Source: Mobula hypostoma (lineage: Eukaryota). Taken from it: a DNA stretch of 64,000 bases. The notes beneath the pieces were generated by a model, which saw only the letters and a list, made by a program, of their open reading frames with translations, did not search any database and was not told where the DNA came from. The DNA lies in contig NC_086097.1 of NCBI RefSeq assembly GCF_963921235.1, forward strand, positions 60,018,001 through 60,082,000, read 5' to 3'. Made by a program: the position numbers and the translations under genes. Positions 37,507 through 51,275 of this stretch are shown here, piece by piece (the first letter of the stretch is position 1; each line of letters begins with the position of its first letter).

Positions 37507-39685
37507 GGATTTAAAAAGGTCAAACTACATCATATGGAAATGTTGAATAAGTGGTCTCCAAGTTTCTTCAAATTTAATCGAAGGGTCAGAGATGCCACTT
37601 CTAATTTTCTCTAAATTTAAACAAGATATAGTTTGAGAAAACCATTGAAATGTAGTAGGGGGATTGACCTCTTTCCAGTTCAATAAGATAAATTTTCGAG
37701 CCATTTATGTTAAAAAAAAAAGCAATCATCCGACAGGCTGGAGGGGATAAGTAACCATCTTCCATCAGTGGTAACCCAAAAATTGCAGTAACAGGGTGCG
37801 GTTGTAAATTAATATGCAAAACAGTAGAAATAATATCAAAAATATCTTTCCAATATTTATGCAAGAAAAGACAAGACCAAAACATATGAGTCAACGAAGC
37901 AACTTTAGAATGGCATCTACCACAAATTGAGCTTATATGTGAATAGAAACAAGTTAATTTGTCTTTAGACATATGTGCCCTATGCACCACCTTAAATTGT
38001 ATCAATGTACGTTTAGCACATAAAGAGGACATGTCAACTAATTGAAAATTATTTTCCCATTTTTCTATAGGCAAATGAAGTTGGAGTTCTCTTTCCCATT
38101 CGATCTTAATTTTATCAGATAGACCTGAATTTATTTTCATAATCAAATCATAAATGAATGCTATTAAACCCTTCTGAAAAGGATTTAAACTTTGAAATTT
38201 TCCATAATATCAATTGGATATGAGGTTGGAAATGTGGGTAAATTAATATTTTAGAAGTTTCTAATTTGTAAATATCTGAAAACATGAGATCTAGACAAAT
38301 TATATTTATTAGATAACTGTTCAAAAGACGTGGAACAGTAATCTAAAAATAAATCACTAAAGCTTAATATACCCTTCATTCTCCATACCGAAAAAGCTTG
38401 ATCTATAATAGAAGGTTGAAAGAAAAAAAAGACATAATAGGGCTTGATAAAATAAATTGGGTCAAGCCAAAAAATTTACAAAATTGAAACCATATTCGTA
38501 TTGTATGTTTAATTATTAGATTAATCATTTGTTTATTTAGTTTAGAAATAACAAATGGTAAAGAAGTCCTGAAAATGGAAGTCAAAGAAAACCCTTGTAT
38601 GGATTTACATTCCAGGTTTACTCATTGTGGGCGTAAAGTTATATCCAAATCTTGTGTCCAAAATATTAACTATCCGATATTAATTGCCCAATAGTAAAAT
38701 CTAAAATCTGGTAAAGCCAAACCACTGTCCTTTTCAGACTTCTGTAAATACTTTTTACTTAATCTAGGATTTTTGTTCTGCCATATATATATATGAAGAG
38801 ATTTTAGAATCTAAAGTATCAAAAAGAATTTAGAAATAAAAATTGGTAATGCTTGAAACAAATACAAAAATTTTGGTATGAGAATCATCTTAACAGCGTT
38901 AATTTGACCAAGCATTAATAGAAACAATGGGGACCATTTAATAAAAATTTGATTAATTTGATCAATTAAAGGTAAAAAAAAATTATGCTTAAATAAATCC
39001 TTATGTTTCTTAGTAATTTTAACACGCAGATAAGTAAAATAATCATTAACCAGTCAGAATGGTGAACATCTCTAAATTGGAACCTGCATATTTAAAGGGA
39101 AGAGTTCACTCTTATTAAGGTTCAATTTATAGCCCGAAAAATTACTAAACTTATCAAGCAAGGATAGTAGTGCTGGAATAGATCTTTTGGGGTTAGAAAT
39201 ACATAGTAATAAATCATCAGCGTATAGTGATAACTTAGGTGTTTCATTCCCACGGGTGATACCAAATATATTAGTTGATTCATGAATAGCAATGGCCAAA
39301 GGTTCTAAAGCAATATCAAATAGCAATGGACTAAGAGGACAACCTTGCCTGGTACTGCAAAACAACTGAAAAAAAAAGGGAGACCTTTGATTATTGGTAA
39401 ATACCGACGCCGAAGGGGTAAGGTATATTAATTTAATCCAAGATATGAATGTCAGACTAAAATTAAAATTTTCAAGCACACTAAATAAATATGTTCATTC
39501 AACCCTGTCAAACGCTTTCTCAGCATCTAGTGAAATGACACATTCTGGAGTTCTAGATGAAAGAGTATAAACAATATTCATTAATCTCCTAATATTAAAA
39601 AAAATAATGATTTTTAATAAATCCCATCTGATCAACAGAAACAATTTGAGGCAATATTTTTTCCAATCTGGTCACTAATATTTTT
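37507..39685 (-). mobile_element. L1/Tx1-type LINE ORF2 (RT to C-terminal CCHC), degenerate
   Basis: SLDAEKAFDRVE, TRQGCPLSPLLFDIALEPLA, SLYADDLL, SGYKLNLNKSE, CGRCHSKVASLTHMFWSC; stop at 37525-37527. Confidence 0.95.
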
Positions 39686-39920
39686 GAATCCTTTTTTTAA
39701 AAACTTAAAATACATGGATAGAGGAGTGGAGTTAACGACATTAATGATAGTATCCAATGTAATATGTTAGCCTGTCTTTTTTCTATAGTTCTGTTTTTAG
39801 TTTAGGTTAATATCGCTTAGTTAATTAATAGTTTTTTTTTCTTTTCTAATTTGTTTTTTTTCATATTTTTTTCTCATTTATCCCTCTACCATGTTTAATT
39901 ATATTTAGAGTTTGGGAAAC
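39681..39920 (+). mobile_element. 3' UTR of the same L1-type element in opposite orientation
   Basis: Homologous to the reverse strand of 18520-18856 ('gaatcctttttt...agaggagtggag.ta.c.acatta'). Confidence 0.7.
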
Positions 39921-39924
39921 TTCA

Positions 39925-40540
39925 AATTTGTCTAATTGCTCAAAAGTAAACTGGATTACCTGCAGCTGCATTTGAACCAGTGGGAGATAAAGGACTGTTG
40001 CACACTTGGCCTGGAAGAAAAGTGGCTTCAAGAAACCATTCCAGGCTTGGCCATTGAGCTGGAAGGCATAATGTCCTTTCCAGCTGACAGGAATGCTGCA
40101 ACATCTGGTAAGACCCTTGGGGGAGGTCTGTGTCTACATCAATAAGAATACCCCAGTAGTAATGGTCCTCTGCTCACCACAGGTGGTGCTTTTAATGGTG
40201 AAGTGAAGGCCCTTCTACTTACTGAGGGAGTTCACTGCCAATGTGATTATTGCTATTCCTATTCCCCCGTGCTAATGCTGAGGAAGAGCTGCAGGAGCTT
40301 TATGGTGCAATCTGTAACTTCAAAGCCACTCACCCTGCTGGTGTCTACATTGGTGCTGGGGACTTCAGTTGTGCCAATTTAAAAAACAGTCCTGCAAAGT
40401 CTTACCAGCATGTCAACTTCACAACCAAAGAGACTACATTAGATCTGGTTTATATCAATGACAGTAGAACCTACAAGGCTACCCTCCTGCCCTCTCTTCA
40501 GATACTTAGACCACATATCCATTTTGCTAATCCTTGCATA
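39925..40540 (+). mobile_element. Old Rex1-type APE endonuclease fragment
   Basis: ADRNAATSGKTLGGGLC; HPAGVYIGAGDFSCANLK...TLDLVY; DHISILL. Confidence 0.8.
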
Positions 40541-40768
40541 CAAGGTTGAAAGAGTAGAGAGAAATTTTACAGGAATGTTGGTAGGTCTGGAGGACTTGAG
40601 TTATAAGGAAAGATTAAAGAGGTTAGGACTTTATTCCTTGAATTGTAGAAGAGGTATACAGAAAAATGAAAGGTATATATAGAATAAATGCAACCAAGGT
40701 TTTTCCACTGACATTGGATGGGATGACAACTAAGGGTCATGGGTTAAGGGTAAAAAGTGAAAAGTTTA
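40540..40768 (+). mobile_element. CR1 ORF2 C-terminal fragment
   Basis: ERVERNFTGMLVGLEDLSYKERLKRLGLYSL. Confidence 0.8.
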
Positions 40769-41300
40769 AAAACTCAAAAACTTCCATAGTTGTACCATGG
40801 AGAGTATTCTGACAGGCTGCATCACTGTCTGGTATGGAGGGGCTACTGCACAGGACCAAAAGAAGCTGTAAGAGGTTGTAAATCTAGTGAACTCCGTCTT
40901 GGGTACTAATCTACAAAGTGCCCAGGACATCTTTAGGGAGTGGTGTCTCAGAAAGGCAGCAGCCATTATTAAGGACCTCCAGCACACAGGGCATACACTT
41001 TTCTCACTGTTACCGTCAAGTAGGAGGTACAGAAGCCTGAAGGCATGCACAGTGTTTCAGGAAGAGCTTCTTCCCCTCTGCCATTCCATTCCTAAATGGA
41101 CATTGAATCTTTGGACACTACCTCACTTTTTAAAAAAATAAAAACATACAGTATTTCTATTTTTAATTTTTTTAATCTATTCAATATAATTGATTTACTT
41201 GTTTTTTTTTCTCTGCTAGATTATGTATTGCATTGAACTGCTGCTGCTAAGTTAAGAAATTTCACATCACATGCTAGTGATAAACCTAATTCTGATTCTG
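40769..41300 (+). mobile_element. Younger Rex1-type 3' end with (ATTCTG)n tail
   Basis: WCLRKAAAIIKDLQHTGHTLFSLLPSSRRYRSL; tail 'aaacctaattctgattctg'. Confidence 0.9.
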
Positions 41301-42385
41301 GTGTTCATCAAGTTCAGCTCGGCTTTTAACATGATCATCGCTCAGAGGCATAAGGGTAAACTCTCCTCACTGGGTCTCAATACCTTGGATCTTGGACTTC
41401 CTGATGGAAAGACCCCAGTTGGCAGCAACACCTCAAGCTCCATCATGCTAAGCAATGGTGCCCCCCCCCCACCCCCAGCAGGGTTGTGTGCTCAATCTGC
41501 TGCTGTTTACACTGCTGATTCACAACTGCATCGACAAATTCAGTTCAAATCCCATATTTTCAAGTTTGCTAAAACAGTGGTAGGTCTCATCAGCAACAAT
41601 GATGAGTCAGCATACAGAGAGAAAGTAGAGAAGATTGCTGAATGGTGTGAGAACAACAACTTGACTCTCAAAGTGGACAAGACAAAAGAGATAATTGTGG
41701 ACTTCAGGAAGGCACAAAGTTCCTTAGTGAGCACATAATGGATGATCTAACCTGGACCCACAATGCCTCCTCACTAGTCAAGAAGGCACAGCAGCATCCA
41801 CACTTTGAGGAGATTGAGGTGTGCAAGACTCCCTGCCCCATTCTAACAACTTTCTACACAAACACCATTAAGAGAGTCCCGTTTGCCTGCATAATTCTGT
41901 GGTAAGGAAGCTGCAAGGCTTTGGACCTCAAGACCCTACAGAGGACGATATAAACCGCTGAGAGGATCACCAGGATCTCCCTCCTCACCATTTATGACAT
42001 TTACCAGGAAGGTTGCAGATGAAGGGCCCAAAGCATTGTTAAGCATCCTTGCCACAATTCCCACAATCACTCTGCTCTCTGACCAACTACCATCAGGAAC
42101 CGAGGCATCAGGACCAGGACTGTCAGACTGGATAACAACTTCTTCGCTCAGGCTGTGAGACTAATGAATACCCTGCCATCACTAAAGTCTTGTCACTAGG
42201 AGAGTAAGCTGCTTACAGTATGATTTACTATTTACTGTTTATGTGCATTGTGCTTTACTACATGAATTTTGAATTATATTTTACTAACCTATTTATAGTA
42301 CAATATTTTGCTTTATGTGCTGTGTGTGCACCGTGGACTGGAGGAAAGTTGTTTTGTTTGGTTGTATATATCCAATGTCAATAAA
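41301..42385 (+). mobile_element. Old Rex1-type RT and 3' end
   Basis: FSSAFNMII; KFAKTVVGLISNNDESAYRE...WCENNNLTLKVDKTKEIIVDFRK. Confidence 0.85.
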
Positions 42386-44419
42386 CATGACATGTTAAAT
42401 TGATTATTCCTGTTTCTTTTCATAGTGCCTACTTCAGGATCATTGCTGAAAATGAACTGACATAAGGGAAAGTTTTGACAGTGCACAGGCAAACAGAATA
42501 AGAGGGTTTGCTTATAGTCTAACAAATAATCCATAAGAAGGTTCCCATGTGAAAGGCAAGTTCATTAAAGAATTCATAATTAGATCTGAAATGTGAAGTA
42601 TCAGCTGTTATTCTCATATTTTCACAACACTGCATTCTAACAATTGCTGGCTGATCGAATAAAAATGGGTTTCCACTGGACAACAAGTATTTTCAAAAGT
42701 GCTGCTTCCTCAATTTTTTTTTTTTTTGTTTGTGATAGACTGGTTGATGCTGACCAGAAATATAATTTCAGACTGCTTGTGTCATGTAGGAATTTGGAGA
42801 AAGAAATATTGAACTTTTATTGAACATAATGCGTTTAATTGTGAAATAGTGCTGAAGTTTGCAGTAATTCAACTAAACTATAAATGTTTTGTTGATGATC
42901 TTCATTAGCACTCAGTGTCTGAGGCTTCATGCTTAAGTGTCCAACAATAATCAGTCAGCATTGATGGATTCTAGTTGCCCTGATACTGTTTCTCCATGAT
43001 CGCAATGTCCTTGTGAAACCTTTTGCCGTACTTGCCAACCGTGCCAAGATTTGAAGGGAAGAAGTCTACATTGGAATACAAAGAATGAATATTTAGTGAC
43101 AGATTGCACTGAGGTTAAGGTGTTAAAAAAGGAATATGGCCTGCTTCGTTGGGGCATTGAATATAAAAAAAAAGTTGAGAGGTTATTTTGCAGCTGTTTA
43201 GAACTGTAGTTGGGCCAGAGACTCAGCCCTCAGACTCCTTCACTAATCCACTCACACAATGGTTCAGTAATATTTCACTGGATGCCTTTGAGTAGATTTG
43301 AAAGCATTTGTGCAGCAGGTTAGCTATGTGGCACAGATTGCCATGTTGGAGTAGAGTAACACATTGCTGCATAGAGCAAATAGAACCAAATTTCAGTGAC
43401 AGGATTCTTGGCACTAATCCTTTAATCCATGATAACAGGGGAACAACTAATTGTATACTTCAAGGTAATGATATGGGCACTTATCCAGATGGATCATGAT
43501 GCTGGCATAAGCATTGTTTCCACTTAATTAATGAGAACATTGTGGACAGTAGAGATGAGACACACAATAACAAGATTTTTCCTCTTCCATTTGCCTGATA
43601 GATAACAGCCTACCAATAACTGCTTCATCACACAAGAACTTTAAATTGGACCAGAATTAATAACATTAAACATCAAAATGTTGCAAATTGTGTAGAAGAT
43701 CGGACTTATTGAGATGAAACAGTGGTGTTAAAACACACCAAAATGCTGCAAGAACTCGACTGGTCTGGCAGCATCATTGGAGGGAAATAAAAGCAGTGTG
43801 AAAACAATTTATTACATTAAATCTCAATGAAATAAAGGAAATAGAACAACTTCCTTTGGTTCAACCAAGACTGAGATTTTCTCTTCCCTGGACAATGAAG
43901 ATCCAATATGCAGACCTGTCTAATAGAACAAAGAAGCTATGATCTTAATTGTGTTTGCAGTTTCCATTACTCTTCTGTAGTTTCGTATCATCTTATATTC
44001 ATGTCGGATGTACTAGAACATGAATTTAATGCTGAAGGTAGTAGAGAAGTCAGTCAACATTTGCAGAGAGGGAAACTATGTTAATATGGTACCTTAATGG
44101 CCAATTGTTGGTTTCATCTTGAGAATTCAAAATTGGGACAGAGTTCTGTCTGAAAAACCTTGGGTATATTATATTTGCTCTCAAATGTTTTGTGTCCTAT
44201 ATGAAATACAAGTATATAATTTCGCTTCTCTTACTTGTAGCTACTTTTACTTCATGATGAAATACTTGTTCGTGGCAATATTGTGAAGCATTAGCCACTA
44301 TTGTTGCTGTACAGACATTCACAGCATGGTACTGTGATGGCCTGTCCTAGGGCTCTTCATGAATTGAATTGACTTTATTACTTACATCCTTCAAATACAT
44401 GAGGTCAATAGCTTTTGTG

Positions 44420-46945
44420 ATCATACCCAATAGCAACAGTGATATCGAGGAGCAGATAGGAAAACAGATCCTGGAAAGGTGCACTAATAACAGCGTTGTC
44501 GTGATGGGAGATATTAATTTCCCCAATATTGATTGGCGTCTCCCTAGAGCAAGGAGTTTAGATGGGGTGGAGTTTGTTAGGTGTGTTCAGAAAGGTTTCT
44601 TGACACAATATGTAGATAAGCCTACAAGAGGAGAGGCTGTACTTGCTTTGGTATTGGGAAATGAACCTGGTCAGATGTCAGATCTCTCAGTGGGAGAGCA
44701 TTTTGGAGATAGTGATCATAATTCTAACTCCTTTACAATAGCATTGAAGAGAGATCCGAACAGACAAGTTAGAAAAGTGTTTAATTGCAGTAAGGGGAAT
44801 TAAGAGGCTATCTGGAAGGAAATTGGAAACAGATGTTCAGGGAAAAGTGCAGAAGAAATGTGGCAAATGTTCGGGGGATACTTATGTGGAGTTCTGCACA
44901 GGTATATTCCAATGAGACAGGGAAGTTATGATAGGGTACAAGAACTGTGGTGTACAAAGGCTGTAATAAATCTAGTCAAGAGAAAAAAGCTTACAACAAA
45001 TTCAGAGAGCTAGGTAATGTTAGAAATCTAGAAGATTATAAGGCTTGTAGGAAGGAATTTAAGAAGGAAATTAGGAGAGCCAGAAGGGGCCATGAGAGGG
45101 CCTTGGCAGGCAGGATTAAAAGAAAACCCCAAGGCATTCTTCAAGTATGTGAAGAGCAAGAGGATAAGACATGAAAGAATAAGTCCTATTAAGTGTGAAA
45201 GTGGGAAAGTATGTATGGAACCGGAGGAAATAGCAGAGGTACTTAATGAATACTTTACTTCAGTATTCACTATGGAAAAGGATCTTGATCTTAGTGATCA
45301 TAGTGATGACTTGCAGCGGACTGAAAAGCTTGAGCATGTAGATATTAAGAAAGAGGATGTGCTGGAGCTTTTGGAAAGCATCAAGTTGGATAAGTTGCGG
45401 GACCAGATGAGATGTACCCCAGGCTACTGTGGGAGGTGAGGGAGGAGATTGCTGAGCCTCTGGCGATGATCTTTACATCATCAATGGAGACGGGAGATGT
45501 TCCAGAGGATTGGAGGGTTGCAGATGTTTTCCTTTATTCAAGAAAGGGAGTAGGGATTGTCCAGGAAATTATAGACCAGTGAGTCTTACCTCAGTGGTTG
45601 GTAAGTTGATAGAGAAGATCCTGAGGGGCAAGATTCATGAACATTTGGAAAGGTATAATATGATTAGGAATAGTCAGCATGTCTTTGTCAAGGGCAGGTC
45701 GTGCCTTACAAGCCTGATTGAATTTTTTGAGGATGTGACTAAACACATTGATGAAGGAAGAGCAGTAGATGTGGTGTATATGGATTTCAGCAAGGCATTT
45801 GATAAAGTACCCCATGCAAGGTTTATTGAGAAAGTAAGGAGGCATGGGATCCAAGGGGACATCGCTTTGTGGATCCAGAACTGGCTTGTTCACAGAAGGC
45901 AAAGAGTGGTTGTAGATGGGTCATATTCTGCGTGGAGGTCAATCACCAGTGGAGTGTCTCAGGGATCTGTTCTGCCACCCTTACTCTACGTGATTTTTAT
46001 ACATGACCTGGATGAGGAAATGGAGAGATGGGTTACTAAGTTTGCTGATGACACAAAGGTTGGAGGTGTTGTGGATAGTGCAGAGGGCTGTCAGAGATTA
46101 CAGCGGGACATTGATAAAATGCAAAACTGGGCTGAGAAGTGGCAGATGGAGTTCAGCCCAGATAAGTGTGAAGTGGTTCATTTTGGTAGGTCAAATAGGA
46201 TGGCAGAATATAGTATTAGTGGTAAGACTCTTGGCAGTGTGGAGGATCTGAGGGATCTTGGGATCCGAGTCCATAGGATGCTCAAAGTAGTTGCGCAAGT
46301 TGACTCTGTGGTTAAGAAGGCGTACGGTGTATTGGTCTTCATCAATTGTGGAATTGAATTTAGGAGCTGAGAGGTAATGTTGCAGCTATATAAGGACCGT
46401 GGTCAGAACCCCCCTTGGAGTACTGTGCTCAGTTCCGGTCGCCTCACTACAGGAAAGATGTGCAAGCCATAGAAAGGGTGCAGAGGAGATTTACAGGGAT
46501 GTTGCCTGGATTAGGGAGCATGCCTTATGAGAATAGGTTGAGTGAACTCGGCCTTTTCTCCTTGGAGCGACAGAGGATGAGAGGTGACCTGATAAAGATG
46601 TATAAGATGAGAGGCATTGATCATGTGGATAGTCAGAGCCTCTTCCCCAGGGCTGAAATGATTGCCACAAGAAGACACAGGTTTAAGGTGCTGGGGAGTA
46701 GGCATAGAGGAGATGTTAGGGGTAAGTTTTTTTACTCAGAGTGGTGACTGCTTGGAATGGGTTGCCAGCAACGGTGGGAGAGGTCGATATGATAGGGTCT
46801 TTTAAGAGACATTTGGATAGGTACCTGGAGCTTAGAAAAATGGAGAGCTATAGGCAAGCCTAGTAATTTCCAAGGTAGGTACATGTTCAGCACAACTTTG
46901 TGGGCCGAAAGACCTGTGTCGTGCTGTAAGTTTTCTATGTTTCAA
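44420..46945 (+). mobile_element. 5'-truncated CR1 LINE (APE C-terminus through RT), frameshifted
   Basis: VVMGDINFPNIDW, GDSDHN, GNYRPVSLTS, DFSKAFDKV, KFADDTK; tail 'ttttctatgtttc'. Confidence 0.95.
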
Positions 46946-46959
46946 TGAGTAAAAATCTT

Positions 46960-49582
46960 TATGTTACTTCTAAATGTGCAATTATATTAATTTATAATAA
47001 ATATTATGTACAACAGCTTAGTCAGTATAACATAGAACTACAATTATATCGGCATAAATTAACCAGTCTGATGGCCTGGTGGAAGTAGCTGTCTCGTGTC
47101 TGTTTGTCCTGTCTTTTATGCTGTGGTACCATTTCCCGGATAGTAACAGCTGGAACAGTTTGTGGTTAGGGTGACTTGGGTCTCCAATGATCCTTCGGGC
47201 ACTTTTTACACACTTGTCTTTGTAAATGTCCTGAATAGTGGGAAGTTCACACCTACAGATGCGCTGGGCTGTCTGCACCACTCTCTGCAGAATCCTGTGA
47301 TTGAAAGAAGTACAGTTCCCATACCAGGCAGTGATGCAGCTGATCAGGATGCTCTCAATCATGCCCCTCAGAAAGTTCTTAGAATTTGGGGGGGCCATAC
47401 AAACTTCTTCAACTGTCTGAGGTGAAAGAGGCCCAGTTGTGCCTTTTTCACCACACAGCTGGTATGTACAGACCACATGAGATCCTCATTGATGTTTATA
47501 CTGAGGAACTTAAAGGTGTTCACCCTGCCAACCCCAGTTCCATTGATGTCTATAGGGGTTAGCTTGTTTCCCTTCCTCCGTAGTCCACAACCAGCTCCTT
47601 TGTCGTTGTGACGTTGAGGGAGAGGTTGTTTTCTTGGCACCACTGCGTCAGAGTGATGATTTCCTCTCTGTAGGCTGCCTCATTATTGTTTGAGATTAGG
47701 CCAATCAATGTGGTGTCATCAGCAAATTTAATTAGTGGATTGGAGCTGTGGGTGGCGACACAGATATGGTTATACAGAGAGTAAAGGAGGGGGCTTAGTA
47801 CACAGCCTTGAGGGGCACCCGTATTGAGTGTCAGAGGGGCAGAGGTGAGGGAGCCCACACTTACCGCCTGCCAGTAAGCTGACAGGAAGTCCAGGATCCA
47901 GCTACACAAGGCCGGGTGAAGGCCGAAGTCTCTGAGCTTCTTGTCCCGCCTGGAGGGAATTGTGGTGTTGAATGCTGAACTGTAGTCCAAGAACAGCATT
48001 CTCCTGAAGTATCCCTCTTCTCCAGATGTCCAAGGATGGTGTGTAAAGCTGTGGCTATTGCGTCGTCTGTCGATCGGTTGTGTCGGTATGTGAATTGTAG
48101 AAGTTCTAATGTGGGTGACAGCATGCTGCAGATTTAGTCCTTGACTAGCCTCTCATAGCATTTGCTTATTATTGAGGTGAGAGCAACAGGACACCAGTCA
48201 TTCAGACATGTTATCTTGGTTTATTTAGGTACAGGGACAATTGTGGATGTTTTGAAGCAGGAGGGCACTCTAGTCTGGGAGAGGAAGAGATTTTAAAATG
48301 TCTGTAAACACATTTGCCAGTTGTGCTGCACACACCCTGAGTACTTGCCCTGGGATGCCATCTAGTTCTGCGGTCTTGTGACTGTCCACCCATTGGAAAC
48401 ACCTGTGTACTTCGGTCCCAGAGAAGGCTAAGCTGCTGGTCGCATCATCTGCACATCTCCTCAGGGGCTCAGTATTGAAGACATTGAATTGAGCATAAAA
48501 AAGATTTAGCTTGTCTGGGAGAGAGGCATCAATGTTGGAAACTCCACTGCATTTAGCTTTGCAGTCTGCGATGGTGTGTAGACCGTGCCATAAGCTGCGT
48601 GTGTTGTTGGTGGAAAGTTGAGTCTGAATCTGGTCTCTATTGTTGTTTCACAGCCTTGATGACTTTGCACAGATCATAGCTACATTTCTTGAGCTCTTGC
48701 TGGTTACCAGCAACATAAGCTCTGTCTTTTGCAGTAAGTGCTGTGGTCGAGTGTGCTCATCTGGATGTGTTGACAAAACTTCGGAGAGACTTTAGTTAGT
48801 GACGCTCTATTAAAGTCAACAGCAAGGATGAAGGCAGCCTCCGGGTGTGCAGACTCCAGTGTGCTGATGGTCTTGCACAGTTCCTTGAGAGCCAGGTCAG
48901 TATCAGCCTGTGGTAGAATATACACAGCTGTGAACTCCCTAGGCAGCCAGAACGGTCTACACAGCAGCACCAGCAGATCCAGGGAACAATAGGATTTGAG
49001 GGCATGCACATTCCGGGGGTCGCACCAAGCCTTATTGACCATGAAGCATACCCCACCTCCTTTACTCCTCCCAGAGAGATTTTTTGACCTGTCCGGGCGA
49101 GGCAGGGAGAACCCAGAGTGCTCGATGGAGTGATCTGGTATCTCCTCCATCAGCCAGGTTCCATGAAGCAAAAAAATGTGACATTCCTTTGTCTCCCACT
49201 GGTAGGAGATTCTGGCTCTTAGTTTGTACAGTCTGTCGTCCAGGGACTGAATGCTGGCCAGGAGTATGCTAGGGAGAGGCAGCCGATTAGCACGCCATCT
49301 CAACCTCACAAGGATGCCGGCCCTTCTCCCTCACCTCTGACGCTGCTTTTGAGGTAGCAGTGGTGTAGAAGGTGAGTCTCCCATTGAACACACAAGCAGG
49401 GATTCCCACTGTAGAAAAGGCAGCATGTAGTGGGTAAATGCCATCTTCCCGATATTCAGGAGAGCCAGTCTATCGTATCTGATGTGACTATCAGCTACTT
49501 GAACAAGAAATGCGAAGGAAATTGCAGAAGTTAAAAGTATTCTGTAAAGTTGGAATGGAGCTCGCAACACAGTCGCCCTCTT
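46960..49582 (-). mobile_element. Near full-length Rex1/Babar LINE (5' UTR, APE, RT) with an internal deletion
   Basis: 5' 'aagagggcgactgtg'; LPSILLASIQSLDDRL...SGRSKGGGVC...CRPFWLPREF (APE); LQFTYRHNRSTDDAI, LFLDYSSAFNT, GAPQGCVLSPLLYSLY, KFADDTT. Confidence 0.93.
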
Positions 49583-51149
49583 TAGACTGCCCTACTGCTT
49601 GCCAAGATCTGCCCGAGGGTTGACCCTTGTGAGGTAGTCAGGCAACCTAATAGCCCTGCAGCTCATGATGTAATACTGGATGTGTGATTTGTGTCCAGAG
49701 CTTCCTAACATATGCCCATTAAAATTAACGTCCAATTTTGGATCTAAAATTTTCAGCATTCACTCAAGCTTGTGATACAAGTTACAAATTCTATCACATG
49801 AATCCCGAAAGTATTCTTCCTTGCCTGACAGTAAATTGTTTCACTCTGTTTCTCTATCTACATCATTAACTTGCCTTCAATCCCATGTGGATAACTTTTG
49901 TACACTAATTTTTTTATGTAGTGCCTTATCAATATTCTTCTGAAATAGCAGGACACTTGGAGAAGTGACAAGATCAAACAAAGTCAATATAAATTTATGC
50001 AAGAGAAATCATGTTTGACAAATCTGCTGAATTTTTTTGGCGGTAACTGGTTGGAGGTTTATCAGACTTTAATCCCTTCCGTTTCCCAAACTCCATTTCC
50101 CTACTAGCATTAATAATATTTGGTTTGTCTCTCTCACTATATTCTATGTTCAGCAACATTGCTGGGAGATTGAGCCCTTCTTGGTGGAGAAAAACTGAAA
50201 CATGTATATGTCTGATGTTCCTTTGTTCCCTATTATAATCGTCCCTGTTTATAACAGCAAAGAGCCTACACTATCTCTCACTAACCTTTTACCCATCAGA
50301 TACAGTAAATTTGATTCTTGAGAATGCAGATTGGAAAACATATTAGTGCTCAGCTCCATTGTTCCGATTTTATGGCCTCCTGAAGGATACGGTGAATATA
50401 ACTCTTCAGAATACAGGTAACCCTATCACCAGTATGGCCATCACTGGGGCAGATGTTGCATCGACGCCTGAAATCGGGAAGTGTACTTCGTGCCAATTAA
50501 AGATCTGACCAAGATTAAAGCAGAAGGGAAAACAAATCAATGTTCTTCTGCGTGCCAGTAAAGATCGCGCACCTGAGCCCATCCTGTCCGCATACATTTG
50601 ACCCATCTCCCTCTCTTCTTGCTACTACCATCCAGCGGGAGGAGCAGTTATTGCCCTGGGGCTATCAGGCTCCTGGACATGCTTCATTCTTCTCAACACT
50701 CAACCATCTCTGTAGCCTGCGGACTCACTCTGCAGCTTATGTTCTGTATTATTTGTTTTCTTTTTTCCTCTCTGCTCTATTTGTCCTCTTTGTACATTGG
50801 GTGTTTGTTGTTCTTTGTTATCTGTGGCTTTTTGTGGATTCTATTGTGTTTCTTTGCTTTGTGGGTGCTTGCAAGAAGATAAATCTCAAGGTTGTAAATA
50901 ACATCATACTTTGATAATAAATTTAAACCTTGAAGTTTGATGTACGGGTATATATCTATACAGTCAGTTTTATGCTCTTTTGAAACTTGTCTTATGACCT
51001 ACTTTCCCTTTCTTTTCCAGTCCCTTTGTATTACAATATTAGTTTGCTACATTTTCTTGTTGTATAATATTATTTCTCTTTGGATCTAATATTAACCCTA
51101 ATTTCTATTGTGAGCAATGGTTAAACCATATTTTCAGTTTTTTTGGAGA

Positions 51150-51275
51150 CATGAGACTACACATGTTGGAATCTAAAGCAATGATCAGTCTGCTGGGGGA
51201 ACTCAACTGGCCAAGTAGCATCTGTGGGAGGAAAGGAACTGTTGACGTTTCACATCAAAACATCAACAGCAGTCC
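51150..51275 (-). mobile_element. Degenerate Penelope tail
   Basis: Reverse strand 'gaaacgtcaacagttcctttcctcccacagatgctact...gagttcccccagcag'. Confidence 0.7.

Noticed and set aside
22698..46945. Three similar CR1 copies as a segmental duplication or large inversion
   Set aside because: Similarity stops at element boundaries and truncation points differ, so these are independent insertions of one subfamily.
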